Positions 35,416-49,459 of a stretch of DNA of 64,000 nt are shown here, one piece after another (within the stretch, counting starts at the first letter, position 1; every line of letters begins with the position of its first letter). The notes under the pieces are model-generated. The model was given only the letters and a program-made list of their open reading frames with translations. It was not told where the DNA came from and did not search any database. Source of the stretch: Prorocentrum cordatum (taxonomy: Eukaryota); contig CAUYUJ010000159.1 in NCBI GenBank assembly GCA_963575745.1, forward strand, positions 310,001-374,000. Reading direction: 5' to 3'. The position numbers and the translations under genes were made by a program.

Positions 35416-37930
35416 GAAAAAGAAACAAGTCTCGACACTGCTTCACGGCGAAGTCAAAGCCTCATGACTTCGCTCTTCCATGGCCCATTATCCGAGAGAG
35501 GGGGTCGGCGGCAAGGGGCGAAACCCTTGCGGATGAACACTTCACAAAATTGTGCTTTTGGACGCGCCGACACGTTCGACATACGGACACAAACTTCAGC
35601 TTTTGGTCCCAACCTTACTCTTCCCCCCGCCGACAGTGTGAAGAATAAACTTAGGCGGGGTGTTGTCGGACTACGCCGGCCAGCAAAAGGAAAATGCCAT
35701 TGACTGGGGGCTGCGCGCAGAAGTGGCAGATGAGGGATCCTCCGTACTTCGTGTGCGGATCTTATACGAAATTCTCGATCTACGACCGCGTCACTGGCAA
35801 TGACCAGCGTAGACGCTGACTGCAGCCCCTGGGCGCACGGGGAGCGCGTCCCAGAGGGCGGGAGGGGGCAGGCAGGAGGAGGGGGATCCAAGTGCGGGCG
35901 GCAAGGGCGGCAGAAGCGGGGGCCCCTGCTGACCGCCGGCGTTGGCCCCTGCGGGGCGGGCGGGCTGCCACTGCCCCAGTGCACGGTCCAGCCCTCTAGC
36001 TTGGCCAAGATTTGCTCCTGGACCCCTGCGCTGGCTGACACGTGGACGTGGCCTGCTGTGCGCAGACGCATGGACTGCGCCCATTTTGTGGCCAAATTGC
36101 GGCCACGCCCCGCTCGGGGGACACAGGTCCTTCGGCACGTAGCTCCACGTGCCGTTGGCCATAAAAGGGGGCGCCTGCCAGGAATATGTGCGCCCTGCAC
36201 AGCGGGACGCCCCCGTCCAGAAGCATCCGAAACCACCAGTCCAGGCAGCGCCTCCCTACCGGCGGCGGCGCAGGCGGGAGGCCTGCTGGAGCCTGGTTCT
36301 GCGAGCGCGCGCATTCCAGGAACAACGGGTCGCAAGCCACCCGCGCCGGAAGCGCTACCCTTGAGCGGTGCGGGTCCAGGCGTCGCTATTCTGGCCCGGC
36401 GGGGGCACGGCCTGCGAGGAGGGCGCCCCGTTGCCAAAGGGGGGGGCGGCTGGCTCGCAGGCGCCGCACAAGAGCATCAGCCCCGACGGCCCCGCGGTCG
36501 CGACGAGAGCGTGTGCGAGCTGCCCGCGACCCATGCAGGCGATGCCTGCCGAGCCGCTCGCGTCGATCCGCGCGCCCTTACCCCGCCCAAGCCCGGCACC
36601 GCGGGCGTTGTGGCCTGTCATTTCGGTGGGCTCGACGCACCTGGTGATGTCCACGGGCTGCCTGGGCGGCGTTCCAAGTGGTCCAGCAGACCGCGCAGTA
36701 ATATGCCTTCTCGTAGATGCCTTGCCTTGACCTGCTGTGCCTTCAGGCCCACGGCCCCGCAGCCCACGCACTGCGCGGGCGGGGGGGGGGGCGCAGATCG
36801 AGCGCCCCCCTCTGCCACCGAGGGGTCTGAGAACCCCGCAGCCGCGGGCTGGTGGCCCTCTGAGAGCGGTCATGATGAGCAGCAAGGGGCGATGTACTGA
36901 GTCGACCCCAGGCCCCACTGTCCACTCCCAGGCCCATCCCCATCAGGCCTCCCTAACCCACCTCTGAGCCCGCTACCGTCGAACAGCAAGTTCCTGCAGT
37001 GATGACTTGTCCCTGGCTTCTGACACCAATCGGACGAGAGAGGCGTTCAACCTCGAACACCCTCCAGCCACATCGCCTGGGAGGAATATGAGGAGTTGGT
37101 TTCCTGGTGTATTGCTTGGCTGGTGCATGAAGGTGGAGGTACGTTTGGACCCCTCCCTGCAGCCGTCTTCGTTGGTCGATGGGGCTGCAGGGAGGTCCTC
37201 GGCCCCTCCGGTGGCAATTGACGCCATCATGTATAGGTGCGGGGGGGAACCCACGCAGCCCCTGTGATGGAAGCTGCGCGGGATGTGAGGCCAATTGGCG
37301 GTCCTCACGGGCGAGGCCTAAAGACGGTCCTCATCCAGGGGGGGCGAGAGGGCGGGGGCGCGCGCGGTTTTCGAAGAGGTCGCTCCTGAGGACGGTCCTA
37401 AGGCAGGATTCCTGAAAAGGGGTCCGAAAACGGCATACACAGTTTCGACACCGAAACTGGATATGCCCTACGAGGTCGTTATCCCATGGGGTGGGATAAC
37501 AGCTGGGGGAATGATTCGGGGAGCAGTGTTTATTCGACCGCGGGAGGGAGGGAGACACTTGAACAGGGGCCCTGGGGAGCGCGAAGGCGGGAGGGGGGAG
37601 GGCGGGAGGAAAGGGGGGGATAGAAGGAGGATAACGACGGATGAGATGAGGACGAGGAGGAGGAGGAGGAGGAGGAGGAGGAGGAGGAGGAGGAGGAGGA
37701 GGAAGAGGAGGGACAGGAGCAAGATCAGGAAGGGATAGGAGACCTCCGTGATGTGGCGGGGGGCGCCTGCCGTCTCGAAGAGCCTCGCCAGCTGGCCCTG
37801 CCCACCGCGCCCCCTCCTTCGGCGTCGCCGACGCAGCGCAGGAGAGCGGCAGCAGCGAGGTGGGAAGGCTGGCGGGAAGCGTGAGCATCGTTGAACCGAT
37901 CCCTATCCCATAGGGCGACGAAACTATACA

Positions 37931-38635
37931 TGTCGGCGGTGCCCGGTGCGGAGCGAACCCCCCCCCGGTAATCTCTCCTGGGGGGTTTCGAGCTGGCGCC
38001 ATTCCCGGTGCGAGCCTGCACGAAACCCCCTGGTAAACACGACCTCCTCTGGTAGGCTGCGCGGAACCCCCCGGTAAGGACGCAACCCCTCCGTAAGCGG
38101 CGCGCTCCCAGCACGCGCGAAACCCAGCCCCGACGCGCGAATCTTACCAGGACGGGCCGGAACACGGCGGCGGCATTGCATCCCAGGGCCGTGCCGGAAC
38201 ACGGCGGCACTGTTCTTCTCTACGCGGCCGTGCCGTCGACCCCCCACAGCGGCTCTCGGGATTTGCGCCGCAGCCTCTCGTATTGTGACCACGAGCCACA
38301 ATACGAGAGGCTGCGGCGGAACAAAGGCGAGCAGACGCGAATAGAGAACACAAGGCGAGCACACGCCACACTTCGACAGGGAGCCACCCTTCCCAACCGC
38401 CCCCCTGCCCCCCCCCAACCCACCCCCCACTCCCACCCCCCCACTCCCACAGGGGGGGGGGGAGCCCAGGGAGACGCAGTGCGGCCTGCACGAAACCCCC
38501 CGGTAAAACGGCAAGGGGGGGGTGTTCTAAGCCGCTGGCGGCACCCGGTGCGGGCTGCACGAAACCCCCCGGTAGTGCACGAAACTCCCCGGTAGTGCTG
38601 GGGGGGGGGGTTCGTGCCACGGCGCACCGCCGACA
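37931..38635. mobile_element. 705-bp non-autonomous TIR element (TG...CA ends, TACA TSD)
   Basis: Perfect 12-bp TIR TGTCGGCGGTGC/GCACCGCCGACA, extending imperfectly to CGAACCCCCCCC. TACA at 37927-37930 and 38636-38639. Subterminal GAAACCCCCCGGTA repeats. Confidence 0.7.
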
Positions 38636-39354
38636 TACATACAGTTGGACTTAGGACAGAGAAACATCCCTCAAGAACATAAGACCCTCCGCCGGCCCAT
38701 ACTGAAGAACATTCGAGGGTACCCTCCCCCAGGATGCACCAGAACATCCAACAAACGCGAAAAGCATGAGGGTCCCCTCCCCAACCGACCTCGATATTTT
38801 ACCTCGGTCCGACTGTATCCACTGCCTCCTGGCCAGGCCCATCCTAAACCCAGCAGCGGTGTGTATACGCCACGCCCTCCTGGCTTGGCTAGGAGGTCGT
38901 ATACACAGCTCCTGAGTTCAGGATGGGCCTGGCAAGAGAGCAGTGGATATGTGTAGATTTCGTCGCCCGATCCGGCCCGGCGTGGCCTCGGCCCCACTGG
39001 CCGATTTGTCCCCCTAGATGGGGACACGTGCTGTTCCCTTCGGGTTTCGAAGGGTATATCCCCAACTGGGGTGGTGGCACTGAAAGAGGGAAGGGTGGAG
39101 GCGTTCCGCGGCAAAAGAAGCCTCTTCCAAGCAGACTGAGTCGTTCCCCGTCTCCATGACGAGGAACCTAGCACCAAACGCCAAGCACCAAACCCTTAAC
39201 ACCAAGCTCAAAAGAAAACAACACAAACAAACCCAAACCCCCAAAAACCGAAATCCCGAATACCATAAACCAAATCCAAAACCCTAAACCTCCAACCACG
39301 AACACCAAATCCACATCACCAGACTCCCAACACCGAACCCAAATCACGGACCCT

Positions 39355-39604
39355 CTCCCTCCTCCTCCTCCTCATCCAACTCCTCCTCCTCCTCCTCCAC
39401 CTCCTCCTCCTCCTCCTACTGCTACTACTACTACTACTCCTTCTTCTCCTCCTCCTCCTCCTCCTCCCCCTCCTCCTCCTCCCCCTCCCCTTCCTCCTCC
39501 TGACCTCCTCACGCTCCTCCTGACGCCGCCCCATCCCCATCCTTCCGCCTCCCCCTGCTGCTGCTCCTCCTCCTCCTCATCATCATCATCAGCATCGTCG
39601 TCGT

Positions 39605-39636
<32 letters not shown>

Positions 39637-40045
39637 GCAGCATCATCATCATCGTCACCATCATCACCACCATCGTCATCATCACCATCATCATCATCAC
39701 CACCATCATCATCATCACCATCATCACCACCACCATAAGCATCATCATCGTCACCATCATCACCACCATCGTCATCATCACCATCATCATCACCATCATC
39801 ACCCTTAACATCACAATCAGCATCAGCATCAGCACCAGCATCAGCATCGTCAGCATCATCATCAGCAGCATCATCATCAGCATCATCATCGTCATCATCA
39901 TCGCCACCACCAACATTATCATGATCACCAAAATCATACTCATAATCAGTATCACCAGTATCATCAGTATCATCAGCATCAGTATCAGCATCATCAATCT
40001 CATCATTATTATTAGTAGTATTATCATTATTATCAATATGATCAG
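39355..40045. repeat. (CCT)n and degenerate (CAT)n microsatellites
   Basis: Seen directly. Confidence 0.95.
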
Positions 40046-42920
40046 CATCCTGTTCCGCACAGGCCTCCCCCCAAGGGCCACGACGCCAACCCCCTTGGCA
40101 TCGTCGCAAGCCCGAAACGGGTAGGGAACACATTGGTACAATGCCGAACAGCTGATGCTGTCCAAAACTTACAGCAGCCGCTGTTGGGCAGGCGATTTCC
40201 TGTCTCTCTCAAATGGACAACGCGCGCGGCGACGCCGTCAGCGAGTCCTGTTCCAAAAGGACAGGAACTGCTGTCGGCCTTCGTCCCTACTCTGTCCGTA
40301 CCCACTTCGATCCCCCAGAGCTTGCGGGTCACAACTCGGGTCTCCAGCGGCCGCCGGGGACGCTTCGGGCACCCGCAGAGAGCCTTCGGCGATGCGCAGG
40401 AGGGCATCCTGAAGCTGGCAAGTCGCCGAAAACCGACGAGGACGCCACAAATCTTCGAACATCGATCCCGGAATTCCCCCCCCCCCCCCATGAACCTGAA
40501 ATCAGCGATACATCGCCGACACATTGTCACAAAGCCCCCCAAAGTGAATGCATGCGCTCCTGGGCGGGCTGTGCTAGTTGGGCGATTGAATGTCGATGCG
40601 TCCCCCTCTGAGCCGACGCTCGGGATGTATTGCTTGCTATGCCGTGCGAGCGGATAGCGTGTCACCACGCTCCGTCGGACGGGAGGCTGGGAACAACTCG
40701 AGACGCTGACGCTCGGGGAACGGGGACGTGGATATCGTGCCGCGCGGCAGCGTGGTGGGCCAGAAGCAGCGGCGCGACACGCGAAACCAAAACTCTGACC
40801 GCATCCCCTCCTGACGTCAACCCCGGTCGCAGCCCCTCCCCACCGCGGAGGCCGACTCGCCAGCGCTCCTGAAGAACACCTCGCCGCGGCCGCGCGCCAC
40901 GATGGTACGACAACTATGCGCAGATGTATCACTGGACCTGATTACCACAATGGCCTGCGACCACCACGGCACTCCTGCAAGCATCGCGATACACATGCGA
41001 GCACCGCCATGAGCACGTGACACCGTCAGCATGGAAGCCCAACCATGCACTAATCACGGCGGCGTGCAAGCGCCAAAAGATGCACAACAGTATGCCAGAA
41101 CATGCCAGTATAACAATAGACTGCGAGCAGAACGGCATGCCTACGAGCACCACGACGTGCCTGTGATCACCACAATGTACCCGAGACAACTAAACGGCGA
41201 AGAAAGCCAGACCCTCACCAAGTAACCGCTGCGAGCACATCAAAGACCACACAAGTAGAACGAACCCAGCCAGTTCCATAATCGATAATAGCATGCGAGA
41301 GCCAGAAGTATGCAAACATATTTTCTGTACTCACCAGTGGCACTGACAGTGTGCCAGCGATCACAACATTACGCCTACGAGCATAGCAATAGAGCTGTAA
41401 ACCTCAATAGCCTACGAACTCCAGCACATGCACACGAGAACCACCTGCTTGTGACCACCAACCGGCAAGTGAAACCAGACCCGACACTACAGCAACAGCC
41501 TGCGAGCACTACTCCTATGCACAACAAGAGTTTAGTAGACCAGGTCAGTACCAACACCCGCCTGGAAACACAACGACTGACCTGCAAACAAAACGACAAC
41601 ATGCCTGCGAACACCACTATCTGTCTGAGCATCAGAACGTCCTGCCGCTGCATGCTGGTCGACACCACTCTGTCGTGCATGCGAGTACCACGAACTGCCT
41701 GCGAGGACCGTAAAGCTTGCGAGAACCACAGCATGCATGTGACCACCACGATCCAGTGGGCGCGTGACCGCCAGACTGTGGGCCCACCCTGTCCTCGCAC
41801 CTGGCCCCAGACACGCTCGACTCCACTGGCGCCCCTCCAGCATCTGCTGATGATCCGTTGCTCCGCGCCCCGAGAGATTCGACAAAGGCTCACATCAGGG
41901 GAGAAGAGGGAGGAGGACAGGCAGGAGTGGTGAGGACGGGAGCAGGAGAGCCCAGAATCGAATCGAGAAGTTGAATCGACGATCGAAGTGAATCGGATCG
42001 GCGTAAATCGGCAGCCGAGTCGGGAGAAGTCGAATCTGCAAAAATCGGCAGGCTCGTAGGCCTCCATGGAAAAATCGGAATCCAAATCGGAATCCGAAAT
42101 CGAATCGAATCGGAATCAGAAGCCATCGAAATTGAATTGAATCGAATCGGAGGAGTCGGGTGGGGGCACATGCAACAAAATGGGGCGCTCTCTGTCGGGT
42201 GAGGGCACGCTCCGTCCGGGCGCGTACTCCTCGGAGTCGGGCCTCTCTGGGGGGTGCAGAGAGGGGGAAAAACCACGCAAGGACGTGCTGCATCCGTCCG
42301 CCGCGGACGTGCGGTCCCGCCGCTCACTCTTCGGCGGCATGCGAAGGGGAGCAGGGTCAGGTGGGTAGCGTTCTACTACGAAGTGCCCCTGGCCTGTCGA
42401 AGCTGCAAAGAACACCGTCCTTCAAAGGGTCGACTCCTTCTGCGGAGCCCCCTGCCCTCGGAGAAGACTGCCAACACTCGCCAGGCATCCCTTCTGCCGC
42501 GCAACCAAACCCAGGGAGTGCAGGCGGGGGCAGGAACAGTGAAGCGCACTCTCCAGTGTGTATAGACATAGACGATGCCTGCATCGTAAGTTTGAACATG
42601 CTAACCTGGCATACATGTCCCCCTTGCGTCGATGCAGCGCGGAGGGGGGATTGGACCACCCCGCAGGGCTTGGTGGGGAGAGACTGGTCGAACACCTCCC
42701 ACAAGCATAGAGCAGCAAGTGGGCCTGCAAACTCTCTTGACCCAGTTTCGACTCCAGGGAGGCGGAGAACGAGGACGAGGAGAACGAGGACAACGAGCAC
42801 GGAGAGTGAGCGGCGTGGTTGCCAAAAACGCTTACCTGGCAAACACACGTTCGATTGATGCATGGCTCCGTGGGCCCCGCAGCGGCGGGCCACCACGGCG
42901 ACGCCGTGCGCGCACTTAGA

Positions 42921-43130
42921 CGCCTCCTAGATAGGGTCCGAGCAGATGGGTCAGAGGATCGCGCCGCATGGGCGATGCATCGGCGACACATCGCTGACGC
43001 ATCAGCGGTGCATCGGCGACGTCGGCGATGCATCGGCGAAAAGCGGGCTCCACGTCGAACCGCATCGGCGATGCATCAACGATGCAGCGCGAACCTCCGA
43101 CCCATCTACTCCGACCCCCTCTAGGAGGCC
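42921..43130. mobile_element. MITE-like element family M1, copy 2 (210 bp)
   Basis: Same TIRs as 24270-24455 but more diverged. Flanks are TAGA (42917-42920) and TAGC (43131-43134). Confidence 0.8.
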
Positions 43131-45389
43131 TAGCGCACTGCAGCGGAAGGCGGAGGTCTGGGCTCCGCCCCTCCCTCTCTCCCCAGCTGGAGAAAAACAC
43201 AGCCCCTGCGGCATCCCTGCGGCGGCGCGCCCCAAGGGGAGGAGTGCGAGGGGGTGCAGGCCTTCTCCGAAGGCTCTGCGGGGCTTCGGAGAATGATGGG
43301 CCTACCTTCCCACCACCACTACCATAGGTAGGAGAGGGAGGAGGAGGAGCAGGAAGAGGAGGAGGAGGAGGAGGAGGAGGAGGAGGAGGAGGAGGAGGGG
43401 GAAAAAAAGGACCTCCTCATCCTCCCGTCTCCTCCGTCTTACATCTGGTAGTGGCGGTGGAAAACTTAACCGTCAGAGAAGGCTCGTAAAGCTTTTCAAA
43501 GGGCAACTGTCTCCTGAGCCCTCTCTGAGGAGGCCCGCTCACTCCGCCTGCCCCCTGGGCGCGCCGTCGACGTCCTTCCTTCTCCTCCTGTGGCGGGGAC
43601 CACGGCCGCCTCCATGCAACTGCCACTCTTGTTGGCCCAATCTTCCACCACCACCACCACCATATGCAGGACGGGGGAGAGGAGAAGATGGGGAGGTCCT
43701 CGTCCTTTTCCTCCTTTTCCTCCTCCTCTCCTCCTCCCCTTCTCCTACCTATGGTAGCGGTGGTGTACAATTGGCCCATCAACTCTTTGACCCCACTCCT
43801 GGGGGACCAGAAGGCACCGATGCCACTGACCGCTACTCCCTGGACCTCTCTCGGGGTGCGTTCTGACCAAGGCTTCGAGGCGATTCCGGCGGTGGCGACG
43901 ACGGAAAGCCCAAAAAGGTGAGTATGAGGGAAGGGTGGCGGTATGGGCACCTTTTCTTCCTCTGAACTCTGGGCCACCAGTCAATCGGCCCCTCCGAACG
44001 ACCATAGACACATGTGCATATGCGCCCTCCGCGGTCCCGGAAGAACGCGTGACCGCTCTCGAGCGCAGGCTCGCGGACGCTGCCCGCGCACGGTTACATA
44101 TTCGGTTGACCGACGATCAAAAACAGGCCTCCGCGAGATGACGTAGCGACCTCACGCGGTCGCTTGCGCGGGCCACCCGCTCGGCACGCTGCAATGAAAT
44201 CGAGGGCGCTTGCGCTCGACCCTGCGCCGGCAGATTACGAGCCGACGTCGGCGCTGGCGACCCTGTTTTTTTTGCGTCGCCCAGTTGACCTCCGATTCTG
44301 TGCGCGCTTCCACCGACAGATGGTCCATCTCCCCCCACCGTGGGTGTGAAGCACGGCAGGCTGCTCGCGGGCGAAGACTGCCCCCGCCTCTGGGTCCTGT
44401 GCCCGCGTGCCTCCCTGCATCCCAAGCCCAGCAGGGGTCGCGGATCCGCTCAGGAGCGAGGCGGGGGCGAGGCGGCCTTCAGGACAGCGGCGGACCAAGC
44501 GCGTTCCACTGGACATTTCGTCGAGCACTGGCGGACTGGACTCCTGACGCGGCGATCTTCAAACACCCCGAGCGCATCGAAAAGCCTCTGAGATTCCCCA
44601 GACTCCAGGGACATCCGAAGCCCTTGTCATCCCTCTGCCCCCCCCTGGAACCTCTTCCTAGGCGGACTCCTGGCAGGTTGGACGCATCACAAACATAGCG
44701 GGCGAGCCAATCGACAACGTTTGGGCGGCCGGGCACCCGCTAGACAGGGCGAGCTGGACCGTCTGGCGTTGTAGGAACGGGGAACACAAGCAAATGCGTG
44801 AATGGCAACCCATCAACATAATCTTTGCGTTCCACGACACACACATATGTATATCTATATATATATATATATGTGTGTACTAGAACCACGCGCGCGCTTC
44901 GCGCGCGCTTAAGTTCTAGCAAGCGCAGGCGCTTGACCATTCCACGGCTGCGCGCATTGACAAAGTCACGGCTGCACGAATGCACGTACCGACGAATGGC
45001 TTCAGCATGGTTTGAAAAATCAACATGAGCCTGGCCCCAACAGAGAAGGGTCTCTTGGGCGCCGCCGGGGGTTCGTCCAGGGTATCGTTGGGTGTTTGCG
45101 GCCCATCTCACTGTGGAGCTCACGCCGTGCAAGATGATTATTCGATCAAGCGAGGCCATCTGTATGGGGGAGCGGGCACGGAGGGACTGAGGGGAGGGGG
45201 GCGAGAGAGAGAAGAGGGAATATAAAAAATGGAACCGATGCCCCAGCGTCGGAGACTTTTCGGAGGAAAGGGGAGAGGAGAAGGACGGCGGTTCCAGGAG
45301 AGGCCCTGGGAGGGCGCCAAGAAGGCCTTGAACGACTACAGCAGGCCGCGACCTCAAGTCACGCGAGAACTTTCAAGCGTGTCTTGTTT

Positions 45390-45900
45390 GTGGACCACCT
45401 TGGACCCCCTTGGGGCCTTCCTCCGGGCACCTGGCCTCCGGGGGGCCGTTTTGGGGCATCTTGGGGCCTCTTTGGGGTCTCTGCCGGGGGCATTTTTAAG
45501 CCTCTTGGGGCCTCTTGGTGGCCTCTTGGGGGCCTATTGGACGGAAGTCTCCATTGTCGGTTCGTGTTCCCCCTCTTTGGCACCTCTTGGGGCCGTCTTG
45601 AAGCCCTCTTGGGCCGTCTTGGGCGCCTCTGGGACCGTTTGGGCGCTCTCTTGGGCTGTCTTGGGGGCCTCTCGGGGGCCTTTTGGACCGTCTTGGGGCG
45701 ATGTTCGAGGCTTCCTCAGCAATCTTGGAAGGTCAGACGCCCGAAAACGCGGGCAAGCAAAAAACATTGATGGGGCTATCTTGAGAGTCTTGGAGCGCTC
45801 TTGGGCCGTCTTGGCGGCTTCTTGCCGTCCCCGGAAGCCGTGGTGGACGCCTCCGAGGGCGCAAGAGAGCCTCCGGACGCCCGGGGGCAAAGTGGGTTAC
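45390..45900 (-). repeat. CCAAGA-family dispersed repeat (reverse orientation)
   Basis: TCTTGGGGCC/TCTTGGAG motifs repeated. Confidence 0.7.
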
Positions 45901-45979
45901 GGGGGGGGGGGAATTCGGGAGGGTGTCCCGGCCCGGGGCCCTGGCCCCAGGTACCCCGGTATATGATTTATGATATAAA

Positions 45980-45982
45980 TGT

Positions 45983-46020
<38 letters not shown>

Positions 46021-46410
46021 ACGCATCTATATATGTTATACGTTTATACCTACATATGTGTATACATACATACATACATACATGCATACATACATGCATA
46101 CATGCATGCATGCATGCATGCATACATACATACATACACACATACCTACATACATACATACATACATACATACATACATGCATGCATGCATACATACATA
46201 CATACATACATACATACATACATACATACATACAAACATACAAACACATACATATTTGTATGTATGTATGTATGTATGTATGTATTGCTCCACTGCTATA
46301 CAATACTATCTCTCTATATATGTATATACATACAGAACGAGAGAAAGAGCGAGAGAGAAAGAGAGAAAGACATCGAGAGAGATAGAGAGAGAACAAGAGA
46401 GAGAGAGAGG
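45980..46410. repeat. (TA)n, (TACA)n/(TGCA)n and (GA)n microsatellite cluster
   Basis: Seen directly. A similar (TACA)n lies at 58920-59015. Confidence 0.95.
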
Positions 46411-48470
46411 AAATAATTAACCTGACGAGCGACCGAACCATATGTAAGCAATTGTGGATATCGCATTCTGGGCCCATCGTTCTATGAGGCCCTCGGTGGA
46501 GCTCCCTATGAGGACACGGCCCGTGTGAAGGGTGTGCCGAAATGGCCCGAGGCCGCCATGCGAACCCTGCCACTGGCGCCTTCTGTGAAGCTCCCCACGA
46601 GGCCACGAGCCGTGTGAGGGGTATGCCCGAATGGCCCGAGGCCGCCATGCGAACTCTGCCACTGGCGCCATCGGTGGGGCTCCTTTTGGGGCCACGATCC
46701 TCGTGATGGGGGTGTGCCGAAATGGGGCGGTGGAGAAGCTGTCTGGGGACACGATCCTCGTGAGGGGTATGCCGAACTGGGGCGGGGCCGCTTTGCGAAC
46801 GTTGCTACTGGCGCCTTCGGTGGAGTTCCCATGGGGCCACGGTCCTTGTGAGGGGTGCGCCGACATGGGACGGGGCCGCCATGCGAACCTTGCCACTGGC
46901 GCCTTCGGTGGGGTTCCTATGGGGCCACGATTCTCGTGAGGGGTGTTCCGAACGGGCCCGAGACCGCCATGCGAACTCTGCCAGTGGGGCATTCGGTGGA
47001 GTTCTTTATGGGGCCACGATCCTCGTGATGGGGGTGTGCCGAAATGGCCCGAGGCCGCCATGCGAACTTTGCCACTGGCGCCCTCGGTGGAGCTCCCTAT
47101 GGGGCCACGAACCTCGTGAACGGTGTGCCGTAATGGCTCGAGACCGCCATGCGAACCCTGCCGCTGGCGCCTTCGGTGGAGCTCCCTATGGAGCCACGAC
47201 CCTTTTGTGAGGGGTGTGCCCGAAGGGCCCGAGGCCGCCATGCGAACCCTGCCACTGGCGCATCCGGTGGAGCTCCCCATGGGGCCACGATGGCGCCTTC
47301 GGTGGAGCTCCTATGGGGCCACGATCCTCGTGAGAGGTGTGCCGAAATGGCCCGAGGCCGCCATGCGCACGTTGCTACTGGCGCCTTTGGTGGAGCTCCC
47401 TATGGGGCCACGATCCTCGTGAGGGGTGTGCCGAAATGGCCCGAGGCCGCCATGCGCACTTTGCTACTGGCGCCATCGGTGGAGCTCCTATGGGGCCACG
47501 ATCCTCGTGAGGGGTGTGCCGACATGGCCCGAGGCCGCCATGCGCACTTTGCTCATGGCGCCTTCGGTGGAGCTCCCTATGGGGCCACGATCCTCGTGAG
47601 GAGCGTGCCGAAATGGCCCGAGGCCGCCATGCGAACCCTGCCACTGGCGCCTTCGGTGGAGCTCCTATGTGGCCACGATCCTCGCGAGGGGTGTGACGAA
47701 ATGGCCCGGGGCCGCCATGCGAACCCTGCCGCTGGCGCCTTCCGTGGAGTTCCCTATGGGGCCACGATCCTCGTGAGGGGTGTGCCGATATGGCCCGAAG
47801 CCGCCATGCGAACCCTGCCACTGGCGCCTTCGGTGGATTTGCCTATGGGGCCACGATCCTCGTGAGGGGTTTGCCGAAATGGCCCGGGGCCGCCATGCGA
47901 ACCCTGCCATTGGCGCCTTCGGTGGAGCTCCCTATGGGGCCACGATCCTCGTGATGGCGGAAATGGCCCGAGGCCGCCATGCGAACCCTGCCACTGGCGC
48001 CTTCGGTGGAGCTCCTATGGGGCCACGATCCTCGTGAGGGGTGTTGGGGCCACGGTCCTCGTGAGGGGTGTGCCGACATGGCCCGAGGCCGCCATGCGAA
48101 CCCTGCCAGTGGCGCCTTCGGTGGAGCCCCCTATGGGGCCACGATCCTTGTGAGGGGTGTGCCGAAATGGCCGGAGGCCGCCACGCGAACCCTGCCACTG
48201 GGGTTTTTGGGTTCCCATGGGGCCACGATCCTCGTCAGGGGGTGTGCAGGAATGGCCCGAGGCCGCCATAAGAACCCTGTCGCTGGGGCCTTCGGTGGAG
48301 CTCCCTATGGGCCACTCAGCGGTGCACTGCGTGGGTGAAACGCAGGGAGGAAGGAGGACGAGGAGGAGGCGGGAAGGAAGGAAGGAGGGAGGGACGCAGG
48401 GCGCTGTCTTTCCAAAACGAGGACCCAACACCACAGGATGGTTGGGAGCAAAAACAACCACATCTAATGT

Positions 48471-48711
48471 TTAGCCTGGCCAAAGACCCATCAATATGCA
48501 GTTATGAATACCGCAATTGTGAATACCATCTTCGCCCGCGCTCCCTGTGTGGCCACGGCTTCACGCCGGAACCCGACATGTTCAGGAACACGTTCGTGGC
48601 CGTCTTCGCGGGCGCCGACGACGACAAGGACGGCGTCCCTCAGACCGAGGAGCAGAAGCAGGAGAGGGTTTTGAGAGTCGATGCGCGTCGAGAAGGCGGA
48701 GTACGACGCCA
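48471..48711 (+). pseudogene. Duplicated coding fragment, probable Helitron Rep N-terminal (DUF6570-like), copy 1
   Basis: Paralog of 49460-49746 with a short internal deletion; reads NTIFARAP../..PEPDMFRNTFVAVFAG. Confidence 0.45.
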
Positions 48712-49310
48712 ACGCTTCCTATGGGGCCACGATCCTCGTTAGGGGTGTACCGAAATGGCCCGAGGCAACCATGCGCACTTTGTTACTCGCGCCTTCGGCG
48801 GAGATCCTATGGGGCCACGATCCTCGTGAGGGGTGTGACGAAATGGCCGGAGGCCGCCATGCGCACTTTGCTACGGGCGCCTTCGGTGGAGCTCCTATGG
48901 GGCCACGATCCTCGTGAGTGGTGTGCCGAAATGGCCCGAGGCCGCCTCGCGCACTTTGCTACGGGCGCCTTCGCTGGAGCTCCTATGGGGCCACGATCCT
49001 CGTGAAGGGTGTGCCGAAATGGCCCGAAGCCGCCATTCGCACTTTGCTACTGGCGCCCTCGGTGGAGCTCCCTATGGGGCCACGATCCTCGTGAGGGATG
49101 TGCCGAAATGGCCCGAGGCCGCCATGCGCACTTTGCTACTGGCGCCTTCGGTGGAGCTCCTATGGGGCCACGGCACCCGTAAGGGGTGTGCCGGAATAGC
49201 CCGAGGCCGCCATGCGCACTTTGCTATTGGCGCCTGCGGTGGAGTTTCCTACGGGGCCACGATCCTCGCGAGGGTGATGATGATGATGGTGATGGTGATG
49301 ATGGCGATGC

Positions 49311-49349
<39 letters not shown>

Positions 49350-49459
49350 CGCTGACGATGATGATGATGATGAAGATGATGATGATGATGATGATGATGA
49401 CGATGATGCGAGGAGGAGGGAGGGGGCAGCGGGAGGAGCAAGGAACGCGGGGCGGGAAA

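Noticed and set aside
37200..37275. RT motif on the minus strand (PSQGLR..PPHLYMM)
   Set aside because: It needs frameshifts and no downstream YADD-type motif is visible.
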